64,000 nt of DNA from contig JAJRYD010000003.1 in assembly GCA_024275955.1 (NCBI GenBank), positions 10,471 to 74,470 of the forward strand, in the 5' to 3' direction. Source of the stretch: Nitrospirota bacterium (GTDB lineage: Bacteria; Nitrospinota_A; UBA7883; JACRGQ01). This document shows positions 49,940 to 59,502 of this stretch, piece after piece; position 1 is the stretch's first letter; every line of letters begins with the position of its first letter. A program made the translations under genes and the position numbers. Under the pieces are notes generated by a model. It searched no databases and was not told the DNA's origin. It worked only from the letters and a program-made list of their open reading frames with translations.

Positions 49940-51979
49940 ATGATTAACGAAAGAGTGCTTACGGCGAATCTTAACGCGTTTGTTAAGTGCAACACCCAGC
50001 GTATCGACAAAGCTCTTCAGATTGCGCCTGCCGCTTCCGGCATAGGGTTATTGGTTATTCCGGTTCTTTTTGAAAACAATCATAAGGAACTTCCGGGCTT
50101 TGTGGATGGCGCTAAAAAGCAGAGCGTAATCCCTTTTCTTGAAGTTACCGAACAGATGAAAAATGCCGGCGAAGCGGTTATAAGGCATTTCAAGCAGGTT
50201 CTTTCTGAGATAGACGGCAGTAGCGCGGCCGACCCTATGGCTATATACGGCGGAGGCGCTGGAGGAATCGTTTCGAAGACGCTTATACACTCGCTTTTTA
50301 TTATGGGAAGCGTAGGTACCGCGGCGCAGAACGAAAAATCCGATTTCGATTACTGGGTAGTTTACGACAAAACGAAACTCGAGAAAGAGGAGATCGATTT
50401 CCTCAAGGAAAAAATACGCCTCTTGGAGCAGTGGGGCGATAAAAAAGGGGTAGAGCTTCACTTCTTTCTTACAGATGTAAATGACGCGAGGAACAATATC
50501 TATGGAAGCGCGGATGAAGAGAGTGCCGGCACATCCCAAGCTAGTCTCTTGAAAGAGGAGTTTTACCGCACAGCGTTACTGGTAGCCGGCCGGTACCCGG
50601 TATGGTGGGCCACTCCTCCAAGCATAACAGACAAACAATATGCCGAAGCTATGGAAGTGCTTTCCGGCTCGGCACAGCTCGACCCGACGAGGTTCGTGAA
50701 TCTTGGCAACATCGAGTCTATCCCTATATCGGAGCTTTTCGGCGCCGCTTTGTGGCAGATGAACAAAGCTATTGATTCGCCTTATAAATCTGTCCTTAAA
50801 ATGGGAATGCTGGAAGAGCTTATTTTTTCCAAAAAGTCCACGCTTCTTTGCGAGGAGCTAAAAGAAAAGGCGATAGCCTCCAATGGCGAGCCTAACCCCG
50901 ATCCATACCTTATTCTCATAGAGCGGCTTTTAGGCTACTACAATGGACGAAAGAGGGATGATGTGACAGATCTCTTGAAAAAATGTTTTTACAATAAGGT
51001 TCATATAAAGATAAACGACAAAACGGTTAAAAAAAGCAAATTGAGCTACAAAGAAGAGCTGATGATTAAATACACTGCTGATTGGGGCTGGGACAGCCGG
51101 ATGGTAGACGACATGAACGGGTACGATGACTGGCCTTTCGACAGAATGCTAAAGCTTGGGAACGAGCTTCATAAATTTTTGCTGGAAACATACAGAAACC
51201 TTACGGACAACCTGAAAAAACAGAAACAGAGCGATAAGCTGATTTCCAAGGAAGACCTCACGGTGCTTGGCAACAAGCTTTTTGCTTTTTACAACGTCAA
51301 GAAAAAGGGAAAGGTGGAGCTTATAAGAAGGGCCACCGATACCGCTTTGCGACAAGAGTCGGCGACGTTCAACCCGATAATCACGCGGGGCAAAAAAACT
51401 ATTTGGGCGGTTCTAAAGGGAAACGTCACGACCCTTATAGCAAGAAAAGAGGTTGTGGCCCACGCGGAAATTAAAAGAAACTACAACCTTACCGAGCTGG
51501 TTGTATGGCTTTGGATTAACAAAGTGATAGACCTTAAAAGTTTTCTGCACTTGGTTTCCAGCCCGCTTCCGGTTTCCCTGCAGGAGATACAAGGGCTAAT
51601 GAAAGCTATAAGCGAATTTATGCCGTTCCAGTCGATTGCCAGTATAGACAGCGGACTGCTTTTGCACCGCCCCAAAACGGTCAAGCTTATGGTTATTGCC
51701 AACTTTAATTCACAGGCATGGGCCAAAAAGGTAGAGGAAGTTACGATACTTTACAAAAATAGCCACGGCGAAACATTCGTGGAAACGCTTGAAGGGAAGG
51801 CTGGTCTGCAAAGGGCGGCAGTTGTATACGGCACAGCTTTAGGTGAGGGAATAGAACATCAGCAAAATTTCTTTACTGTCTATATACCGCGTGCCGAAAA
51901 TTCGCTAAAGCTGGAAAAGCAGATAAGAAGTTTCCTCCTCTCCGCCTCACAAAGTGTCAAAACAGCCAAAGAGAGTTGA
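49940..51979 (+). CDS. cyaA: Class I adenylate cyclase
   Basis: MGSVGTAAQ..SDFDYWV, LLKEEFYRT, GAALWQ.NKAIDSPYKSVLK, DPY. Confidence 0.88.
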   Translation: MINERVLTANLNAFVKCNTQRIDKALQIAPAASGIGLLVIPVLFENNHKELPGFVDGAKKQSVIPFLEVTEQMKNAGEAVIRHFKQVLSEIDGSSAADPMAIYGGGAGGIVSKTLIHSLFIMGSVGTAAQNEKSDFDYWVVYDKTKLEKEEIDFLKEKIRLLEQWGDKKGVELHFFLTDVNDARNNIYGSADEESAGTSQASLLKEEFYRTALLVAGRYPVWWATPPSITDKQYAEAMEVLSGSAQLDPTRFVNLGNIESIPISELFGAALWQMNKAIDSPYKSVLKMGMLEELIFSKKSTLLCEELKEKAIASNGEPNPDPYLILIERLLGYYNGRKRDDVTDLLKKCFYNKVHIKINDKTVKKSKLSYKEELMIKYTADWGWDSRMVDDMNGYDDWPFDRMLKLGNELHKFLLETYRNLTDNLKKQKQSDKLISKEDLTVLGNKLFAFYNVKKKGKVELIRRATDTALRQESATFNPIITRGKKTIWAVLKGNVTTLIARKEVVAHAEIKRNYNLTELVVWLWINKVIDLKSFLHLVSSPLPVSLQEIQGLMKAISEFMPFQSIASIDSGLLLHRPKTVKLMVIANFNSQAWAKKVEEVTILYKNSHGETFVETLEGKAGLQRAAVVYGTALGEGIEHQQNFFTVYIPRAENSLKLEKQIRSFLLSASQSVKTAKES

Positions 51980-52680
51980 GCAGTCGGCTTGTATCGGTAA
52001 TCATTCCCGCCTACAGGGAGACGGCCGCTCTGGCTAATATTTTATCAAGCTTGAAAGGTAGAGAAAATCTTGAAATCATAGTTTCTATTCCATACGGAGA
52101 TGAGATATCGAAGGAATCGGCAAAACCTTTCTTACCCTATATAAAAATAGTGGAAGGGGAGGCAGGTAGAGGAAGCCAGCTTCATAGCGGTGCCTTGCTC
52201 GCCTCGGGCGACATACTCATTTTCTGCCATGCCGACACGCTACTGCCGGATAGCTGGGAAGAGATGGTTGCCAGAGCTATCAAAGATGGTGCTGTAGGCG
52301 GCGCGTTTAGGCTCAGGTTCGGTTCAGATAGGTTTGTCTTTAGAATTATAGAGCTGTTTGCCGGCATAAGGGCGTATGTTCTCGGCTACGTTTACGGCGA
52401 TCAGGCTATCTTCGCAGAGAGTAATGCGTATCACTCTGCTGGCGGTTTTGAGCCGTTGCCGATAATGGAAGATTTAGACTTTTTCAAACGGCTCAAAAGG
52501 CATGGGAAAGTGACGATACTAGACGTGGAGGTGATAACCTCCGCCAGACGCTACGAAAAATCCGGCATCATTGCAGGCGTGCTTCGGAACACAGTAATAG
52601 CGTTCCTCTATTTTCTGGGTGTTTCGCCAGGCCGCATAGCAGGCCAGCGAGCCGCTGGACGCAATAGCCGCACGCGGTAG
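51976..52680 (+). CDS. Family 2 glycosyltransferase (TIGR04283-like)
   Basis: SVIIPA..E, GRG.Q..GA, F.HADT, YGDQ..F, MED, TSARRY. Confidence 0.85.
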   Translation: MSSRLVSVIIPAYRETAALANILSSLKGRENLEIIVSIPYGDEISKESAKPFLPYIKIVEGEAGRGSQLHSGALLASGDILIFCHADTLLPDSWEEMVARAIKDGAVGGAFRLRFGSDRFVFRIIELFAGIRAYVLGYVYGDQAIFAESNAYHSAGGFEPLPIMEDLDFFKRLKRHGKVTILDVEVITSARRYEKSGIIAGVLRNTVIAFLYFLGVSPGRIAGQRAAGRNSRTR

Positions 52681-52947
52681 GCAGGAGAAACAGCGGCACA
52701 TTTTATAAAATCTTATGAGTCTTGAAAGGTAGTATTTTCCAGGTGCGAAAGCGAGGGGCCAGCCTTTTTTAATTGGTCTAAAGTCTTCCACAAGCCTTTG
52801 ATTAAAATCTAAAAGTATGCGTGGCGGGTGCGGGCAGACCAAAATGAGCTGTATCCCTATAGAGGAAATTTTGGCTCTATCCCTGCAAGTTTGACGGTTT
52901 TTTACAGCCTACAATTACTAAATACTTGAAAAATAAGGTGCTGTCTC

Positions 52948-52963
52948 TGGCATTGATGTTGCT
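52948..52963 (+). promoter_or_regulatory. Sigma54 promoter of flgB
   Basis: TGGCATTGATGTTGCT, exact GG-N10-GC spacing; sigma54 control of rod genes is common. Confidence 0.75.
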
Positions 52964-52976
52964 TATATCTGGGGAT

Positions 52977-53396
52977 ATGGGAATAATAGGCAGATTGTTA
53001 TTTAGCGATAACGCACCAAAAGTTGTCCGCAAGGCGGTTGATTTTAATGCCGAGAAGGTGGCGCTTACAGCGGCAAATATAGCAAATGCCGAAACGCCCG
53101 GCTATAAGTCTTCACACCTAAAGTTCGAGTCTATGCTACAAAATGCCACCTCCCGCAACAAGCTAAAAATGAAAACTACAAATTCAAAACATTTCTCTAT
53201 GCAAAGCCCAAATTTTAAGTCTATGCGGCCCGATATAGAGATTGACAGTTCAAGAGGCCGGATTGACGGCAATAACGTAAACCTTGAAACAGAAATGACT
53301 AACCTGGCAGAGGCGAAAATAGCGTACGACGCCAATATGACGGCGATGTCGAAACGCGGAAGCATAATAAAAAGCGCGATAGTGGAAACAAGATGA
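52977..53396 (+). CDS. flgB: Flagellar basal-body rod protein FlgB
   Basis: ANIANAETPGYK, RIDGNNVNLETEM; start moved to ATG 52977. Confidence 0.93.
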   Translation: MGIIGRLLFSDNAPKVVRKAVDFNAEKVALTAANIANAETPGYKSSHLKFESMLQNATSRNKLKMKTTNSKHFSMQSPNFKSMRPDIEIDSSRGRIDGNNVNLETEMTNLAEAKIAYDANMTAMSKRGSIIKSAIVETR

Positions 53397-53408
53397 GGGA
53401 AGTAAGCG

Positions 53409-53711
53409 ATGAATAATTTAAAAATAGATTCTTTTAAACCGCTTGGCGAGTCTTTTAAACTGCCGAACCAGAACAGCCTTGGCAGTGACGGCGGTTCATT
53501 TGCCAAAACTCTCGGCGAATCAATACAAGAAGTAAACAGCCTACAGCTAAAGGCCGATCAGTCGGTTGAAAGTATGGCATCTGGAGAAAATAAAAACATA
53601 CACGAAACTATGCTCGATATTTCCAAAGCCGATATGGCGTTCCGTATGACCTTAGCGGTAAGGAACAAAGTTATAGAAGCGTATCAGGAAGTAATGAGGA
53701 TGAGCATCTAG
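53409..53711 (+). CDS. fliE: Flagellar hook-basal body protein FliE
   Basis: F...L...I..VN..Q, VRNKVIEAYQEVMRM. Confidence 0.95.
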   Translation: MNNLKIDSFKPLGESFKLPNQNSLGSDGGSFAKTLGESIQEVNSLQLKADQSVESMASGENKNIHETMLDISKADMAFRMTLAVRNKVIEAYQEVMRMSI

Positions 53712-53825
53712 CCGTTACTATTGGAGACAGCTTAAGGCCCCTCGCCTTTTTTCCCAGTTCAAACTGCGGTTTTTCTGGTAGTATCATCCTGTATACGCTT
53801 ATTAACCTCTTAACGCTTTACCATT

Positions 53826-56801
53826 ATGAAAAAAACCGTATCTATTAGGGTTGCTTGGTATGGACTGATTACATTTCTCGTCATTCTTCCTGTGCTGACA
53901 ATTTTCCCGTTCATCTGGGCTAAAGCCCATTCCATTCTGCTCAAAAACGCCCTTCTCGCAAAATACCAATATACTCACAAGCTCGAAAGTGCTATGCGTA
54001 GCGAGCTGGAAAGGCTTCTTACCCTTTTGGAAAACAAAAGCGACCCGATAGCCTACACTCTCCAAAAAGATAGAGACAAGGAACTGCTGGAAACACTTCT
54101 TAAAGTGATAATTCTCCGCGAAAAAGCTGTCCAGACGCTCCTTATAGTAAGCCCCGAAGGAAAAATTCTGACAGGGGCAGACAGACATTCCGCTCTTCAA
54201 GGCAACATGTTAAAAAGCCAAATTCTTCGTGCCTCTATGCCAAAAACCTTTGATGACGATATAGCAAAAATAACCACGCCGGTGAAATGGAAAAATTTTA
54301 TCGGCACCACATTCAGGCACAATGGGCTTACAGGCTTTTATATCAGCGTGCCTATAGACTCCAAAAATTCACCCTCGAATATTCTACTTGCCGTTATTGA
54401 TGTTAGAAAGTTCTGGAACAAAATAAAGCCGGCTGTACCAACAGACAATACCACTACCTACTTGATAGACTCTAACGGCGTTCTGCTTGCATCGCCAGAC
54501 TCTTCTATCTTTAAGAAAGGCGACTCTCTGACCGATTTAAAAATCGTATCGAAGTTTGTTTCTGGAGAAAAGTTTTTGGACTCGGAAACCTACACAGGCT
54601 TAAGCGGAGAACCTGTATTCGGCATTGTGCTTAAAGCAACATATCTCGGATGGGGTATCGTATCGGAAGTAGAAGAAAGCCTGCTGATGGCGCCGATACG
54701 AAACCTGCTGTTAGGCGTTACGGTGATATGTCTTCTGGTTGTTATTATAATCGGGTGGGCAGGCTTTTGGTTTACAAGAAAAATGCTTTCCTCTATTACC
54801 GTGCTTTCGGACTCTTTCCATCGAGCCAGCATTGGCGACTATTCGCGGACTGGGACAGTCTCATCGGTAACGGAGATAAACCAGCTTGTAACAGGCTTCA
54901 ATAATATGGTCGAGTACATTCAGGAAAGAGAGAGAGAGCTGAGCCGTAGCGAACAAAAGATTAAAGCTATTATCACCTCAGTAGGCGAAGGCATTATCTC
55001 TATCAATGCCGCGGGGGTTATTACTTTTGTCAACCATGAGTTGTGCAAAATTTTTGGATACAAAGAAGACGAACTGTTGAGACAAAATGTTGAGATCCTT
55101 ATGCCGAAAAATTTTAGAGAAGCGCATGGCAGGGCGATGAATCGGCATTTGAAAACCGGCAAGACCAATATTCTCGGGAAAAAGCTGGAACTAGAGGGAC
55201 TCCATAAAGATGGAACCTCTTTCCCTATCGAGATAAAAATAGAAAAAACCTTCATCGAATCCGGCAGTTTTTTCTTTACTGCCGCTATTGAAAACATCTC
55301 CAAACGCAAAAAAGCAGAGGAGACTGTTGAAAAAAGTAAAAACAGCCTGATGAAAGCCCAACAGATAGCGAGCCTTGGAAGCTGGGATTGGAACATAGAA
55401 AAAAGTAGCTTGGCATGGTCGGACGAAGTATATCGGATTTTTGGGCTGGAGCCGCAAAAGCTTGAAGCTACTTATGAGGCTTTCCGAAGTTTCATACATT
55501 TCGACGACCGTGACAAGGTAACGCAGGCTATCGAGGAAGCACTAAACAAGAAAGAAGACTATAGCATTGAACATCGAATCGTCCTTAAAGACGGCACCGA
55601 AAAAATTGTCCATGAACAGGGTGAAGTTACTTTTAACGATTCGGGAGTGCCGGTAATGATGTTTGGAACGGTACAGGACATAACCGGAAGAAAAGCGGCA
55701 GAGAAAGAGCTAAGGCGGCTTTCTACCGCCATCGAACAGTCTGCCGAAACGATAGTAATTACCGACAAGGAAGGAATAGTTGAGTATGTAAATCCGGCTT
55801 TCGAAAAGCTTACCGGCTACAGCGGTGAGGAGGCGTTGGGAAACACCCCGAACATTCTTAAAAGCGGAAAACACGATAACGCGTTCTACGAAGAGCTGTG
55901 GCAAACCATAAAGGCCGGAAAAGTGTGGACAGGAAACTTTTTCAACAAAAAGAAAGATGGAACGCTGTTTGAGGAGAGCGCCACTATCTCTCCTGTGTTT
56001 GGCTCCGATGGTGAAATAGTCAATTTTGTCGCCGCTAAGCGCGATATTACAAGAGAGTGGATGCTTCAAAAAGCGAGGGAGTATTTCACTATAGTAACAT
56101 CCCATGAGCTGAATACTCCGCTTACTCATCTACAGTTAGTCAAAACTCTTCTGCGAGGCTTTGCTCAAAAATACGCTGACGATAAGGAGCTTGGCGATAT
56201 CACGATAGCGATGGAAAAATCATACGATGAACTAAGCAAGATAGTCGAAACAACCGCTATGCTCGCGATGCTGAGCAGCCCGCAAAAGGAACAATCTTTC
56301 TCTACTGTTTATTTACGGATGGAAACAGACGCGGTTATAGACAAAATCAGATCCGCGGTTGAAGAAGAAAAAAGAGATGTCGCCATTATGTCGGATATCG
56401 AAAGTATACCTATCGGTGTCGAGATTCGCGGCAAACAGGATATGGTTTCCGAGGCGATAAAAAACATTCTTTCTAATGCCGTAAAATATACGCCCGACAA
56501 AGGCAGAGTGTTTATCAACGGGTACTGTGAAAACGAGAACGCGGTCATTATGATAGAAGACGAGGGGATAGGCATACCGGAGGAAAAAAGTGATGATGTG
56601 TTTGAGCCTTATTACTCACTGGAAAACGTGGCATTGCATTCAACCGGCAAATACAAGTTTAAGGGAGGCGGCATGGGGCTTGGCCTTACAATTTCGAAAA
56701 TGATAGTAGACTATCATGGAGGCGGGATAAGCATACTGAGCAGAGAGGGCGCAGGCACCAGGGTTACTATCACCTTTCCGTTAAAAAAGAAAACAGGTTA
56801 A
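53826..56801 (+). CDS. Sensor histidine kinase: Cache-like, HAMP, 3 PAS, HisKA, HATPase
   Basis: 2 TMs; three PAS/PAC patterns; SHELNTPL, NAVKYT, DEGIGI, GMGLGL. Confidence 0.9.
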   Translation: MKKTVSIRVAWYGLITFLVILPVLTIFPFIWAKAHSILLKNALLAKYQYTHKLESAMRSELERLLTLLENKSDPIAYTLQKDRDKELLETLLKVIILREKAVQTLLIVSPEGKILTGADRHSALQGNMLKSQILRASMPKTFDDDIAKITTPVKWKNFIGTTFRHNGLTGFYISVPIDSKNSPSNILLAVIDVRKFWNKIKPAVPTDNTTTYLIDSNGVLLASPDSSIFKKGDSLTDLKIVSKFVSGEKFLDSETYTGLSGEPVFGIVLKATYLGWGIVSEVEESLLMAPIRNLLLGVTVICLLVVIIIGWAGFWFTRKMLSSITVLSDSFHRASIGDYSRTGTVSSVTEINQLVTGFNNMVEYIQERERELSRSEQKIKAIITSVGEGIISINAAGVITFVNHELCKIFGYKEDELLRQNVEILMPKNFREAHGRAMNRHLKTGKTNILGKKLELEGLHKDGTSFPIEIKIEKTFIESGSFFFTAAIENISKRKKAEETVEKSKNSLMKAQQIASLGSWDWNIEKSSLAWSDEVYRIFGLEPQKLEATYEAFRSFIHFDDRDKVTQAIEEALNKKEDYSIEHRIVLKDGTEKIVHEQGEVTFNDSGVPVMMFGTVQDITGRKAAEKELRRLSTAIEQSAETIVITDKEGIVEYVNPAFEKLTGYSGEEALGNTPNILKSGKHDNAFYEELWQTIKAGKVWTGNFFNKKKDGTLFEESATISPVFGSDGEIVNFVAAKRDITREWMLQKAREYFTIVTSHELNTPLTHLQLVKTLLRGFAQKYADDKELGDITIAMEKSYDELSKIVETTAMLAMLSSPQKEQSFSTVYLRMETDAVIDKIRSAVEEEKRDVAIMSDIESIPIGVEIRGKQDMVSEAIKNILSNAVKYTPDKGRVFINGYCENENAVIMIEDEGIGIPEEKSDDVFEPYYSLENVALHSTGKYKFKGGGMGLGLTISKMIVDYHGGGISILSREGAGTRVTITFPLKKKTG

Positions 56802-57685
56802 TCTTCTCGGCCTTTTTTGGGAGAGCTGTCGCTAGAAGCTTCTTTGTCGCTTGCTGGAATAGTGACGGCGCCCGACGTTGGCGTATTAAGGCTTGTAAAC
56901 CCTGCCAACTTTTCATACGCCACAAAAACCGCTATGTTGGTAAATGGAACGGTAAATAAAAGAGCTGTCACCATAAATAAAATCCCTAAAAGTACCGCCT
57001 GCGCTATCGGCAAAAGCGTCTTGCCCAAATCGGCCCCGCCTCCAGACGCTATTTCGCGCCCAGCTTCCATCACTTCGCCTAAAGCCGAAACATCTATAAA
57101 CGGCAGGGAGACAAGTATTCCGGCGAAGAACGAAAGAAGCCCCATCGCGTTTATGCCGGCAAGTACCAGATAAAATATTGTCATGCCGACTATATCCTTA
57201 AAAGCGATGTTGCGGCTAGCTTCCATCGCGTCCCAAAAGTTAAGCCCCCTATCAATAATAAAAATGTATGTAAGGAGGTACCAACCGCCGACAATAAGAC
57301 CTGGAATTACAAGAAGAAAAAAACCGATGGTAGTGAAAACGGTAATCAACAGGTACGAAAGAAACGCAGGTACGAAAAAGGTAAACCCCTGAAAAACCCG
57401 CGCAGGCCTTTGTTTCACGCCGGTTACGATATCGCCTATCACAAGGAAAAAACCTGCGGTAAGAGGCCCCATAAAAAGTAGGTTCCCCCCGTATGGGATA
57501 GCTTGGGCCAATAGCAGTACGACACCGCATATGACCGTCGTAACGGCAAGCGAAAACCAGCCTTTTTTGTAAATCGACCAGCTCTCGGCAAGCCAAGATA
57601 CAATATCTACCGGCTGGCTCTCTAAAGCTTCACCTTTCCCTGTTTCCATAATCAACCTCTGTCGTTTTAAATTCGGCGGTTCCAT
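56798..57685 (-). CDS. Integral membrane protein, unknown function
   Basis: About 5-6 TMs; 'FWDAMEASR' motif. Confidence 0.75.
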   Translation of the reverse strand: MEPPNLKRQRLIMETGKGEALESQPVDIVSWLAESWSIYKKGWFSLAVTTVICGVVLLLAQAIPYGGNLLFMGPLTAGFFLVIGDIVTGVKQRPARVFQGFTFFVPAFLSYLLITVFTTIGFFLLVIPGLIVGGWYLLTYIFIIDRGLNFWDAMEASRNIAFKDIVGMTIFYLVLAGINAMGLLSFFAGILVSLPFIDVSALGEVMEAGREIASGGGADLGKTLLPIAQAVLLGILFMVTALLFTVPFTNIAVFVAYEKLAGFTSLNTPTSGAVTIPASDKEASSDSSPKKGRED

Positions 57686-57837
57686 ACCCTTATTAGGCTA
57701 TTTAAGCATATCTTTTCAAAAAAAAATCCCAAATTCTGCCCAACTTCGCCGTAAAAAAAGAGAATTTATATGGTATAATGAATGCATCATTTGTAAAAAC
57801 TTCTACAATTCCCTCATACCTGTGCAATTCTAGATGG

Positions 57838-58746
57838 ATGAAGCTCTTTATCACCGGCGGAACCGGATTTGTAGGATCCTACCTTGTAAGGCAACTCATT
57901 GAAAATAAACACGAAATATCTCTACTGGTTAGAAACCGGAAGACTATTGGCAGGTTGCCGGCAGGTGTTAGAGTTATCGAAGGAGATATTCTAGATAAGT
58001 CGTCCTATATCGACAGCCTTGCAAGCTTTGACGCGGTAATCAACCTTGTCGGCATTATTCGGGAGTTTAGCTCCAAAGCTGTCACTTTCCAAAAGCTCCA
58101 TTTTGACGCGACGCGCGAGCTTGCCGAGGCGGCTGTAAAGGCCGGAATAGACAGATGGATACAGATGAGCGCCAACGGAGTGGACCAAAAGCCGGTATCC
58201 ATGTATCAGACGACAAAGCTGGAAGCCGAGAAGTTTTTAAGGGAATCGGGACTTCGGCTCACCATATTCCGCCCGTCGCTGATATTCGGCGAACCGCCGG
58301 ACGGGAAAACCGAGTTCTGTACCGATATTTTTAGGATATTAAAATTTCCTTTTCCGTTTGTTCCGGTTTTTGGAGACGGGCTTTACCGTTTTCAGCCTAT
58401 CCATGCTACCGACGTGGCAAGAGCGTTTGCCGCCGCGCTTGAGGAGCCAAGCAAAACCGAAGGAAAAACTTTTCATCTTGGCGGTGAGAGACTGCTTACC
58501 TACCGTGAACTGCTTGACGCCATCTGCGATGGAAGCGGCATCCGGCGCAAAATAAAAATTGCTGTCCCATACCGCCCGCTAATGCCTCTGATAAAAATTC
58601 TAGAGAGCTTTCCTTTCTTCCCCGTCACTTCCGACCAGATAAGCATGCTGATGCAGGGCAGTATCACTCCAGAAGATTTTCGATGGGAAGATTTTGGAAT
58701 AGACCGTTTAAAGTTTATTCCGGACAACCTCTCATATCTCCGGTAG
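57838..58746 (+). CDS. NAD-dependent epimerase/NDUFA9-like SDR
   Basis: TGGTGFVG, INLVGIIRE, MSANG, Y.TTK, RPSLIFG. Confidence 0.88.
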   Translation: MKLFITGGTGFVGSYLVRQLIENKHEISLLVRNRKTIGRLPAGVRVIEGDILDKSSYIDSLASFDAVINLVGIIREFSSKAVTFQKLHFDATRELAEAAVKAGIDRWIQMSANGVDQKPVSMYQTTKLEAEKFLRESGLRLTIFRPSLIFGEPPDGKTEFCTDIFRILKFPFPFVPVFGDGLYRFQPIHATDVARAFAAALEEPSKTEGKTFHLGGERLLTYRELLDAICDGSGIRRKIKIAVPYRPLMPLIKILESFPFFPVTSDQISMLMQGSITPEDFRWEDFGIDRLKFIPDNLSYLR

Positions 58747-58751
58747 GCAGG

Positions 58752-59201
58752 CTAGAGGATATCTGGGATATTGCTCCCCGAACCGTTGCACTTGGGGCAG
58801 TTTGACGCAAGGTGGAACCTGTTTTCGACTACGCCGTAGCCATTACAGTTTTTGCACATTCTCTTATCTGACACTACTTTTGGAACCCTAAACATATATA
58901 TATTTTTTCCTGCAGGCTTTTTTCTAACAGTTGCCTTGACAAAAAAGAGATCATGCTTAGCAAGGTTTGCCGGCTGTTTATAAGCCTCTTTGCCTGCTTT
59001 TCTTTTGGCTGGAAAAACAGGCTGGGAGGCCTGTTTTATAAGCTCGTCGTAAGCTTTTTGCACCACGAAAAAGAGATCGCCTTTCTCTTTATTGCGGTCT
59101 GGATGAAAGTGGAACGCAAATTTTTTGTATGCCTTTTTTATTTCCTCAATGCTAGCCCCCTGTTTTAGCCTAAGGAGCTTGTAAAAATCAGCCATTTTCA
59201 A
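58752..59201 (-). CDS. Small J-domain protein with C-terminal zinc-finger repeats
   Basis: HPD motif; CKNCNGYG and CPKCNGSG. Confidence 0.85.
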   Translation of the reverse strand: MKMADFYKLLRLKQGASIEEIKKAYKKFAFHFHPDRNKEKGDLFFVVQKAYDELIKQASQPVFPAKRKAGKEAYKQPANLAKHDLFFVKATVRKKPAGKNIYMFRVPKVVSDKRMCKNCNGYGVVENRFHLASNCPKCNGSGSNIPDIL

Positions 59202-59212
59202 AAACCTCCGTA

Positions 59213-59341
59213 GGGACTGTTGCCAAATCCGATAAATTTGATTTTGTTTAAAATTGCCAACCGCTCAAATATCTGTTTTGAAAAAGTTAAAGGATGAGCC
59301 TTTCCTTTTAGATGCTCAAAAACTATTTCGGCAACAGCCCT
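59213..59341 (+). mobile_element. MITE family A, full copy (no TSD seen)
   Basis: GGGACTGTTGCCAAAT...TTTCGGCAACAGCCCT. Confidence 0.88.
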
Positions 59342-59502
59342 CTAATAGGCTACTGCCGGAATTCCGCATGGTTGATAAATAACTTTCTATTCTCGTTGAG
59401 AATAGCTTTATCTACTACCTGCATATATATTCCACTCGGCTCGGCTGAACTCGCCGCGGACGGTGCCGCTTGGTGGCACCGTCTTAAAATGCAAGGCAAA
59501 AA

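Noticed and set aside
52681-52947. c-di-GMP riboswitch upstream of flgB
   Set aside because: GEMM core motifs not found by eye; an Infernal search would be needed
59459-59483. Perfect 9-bp hairpin after nth as a terminator
   Set aside because: No U-tract on the nth strand; function cannot be assigned
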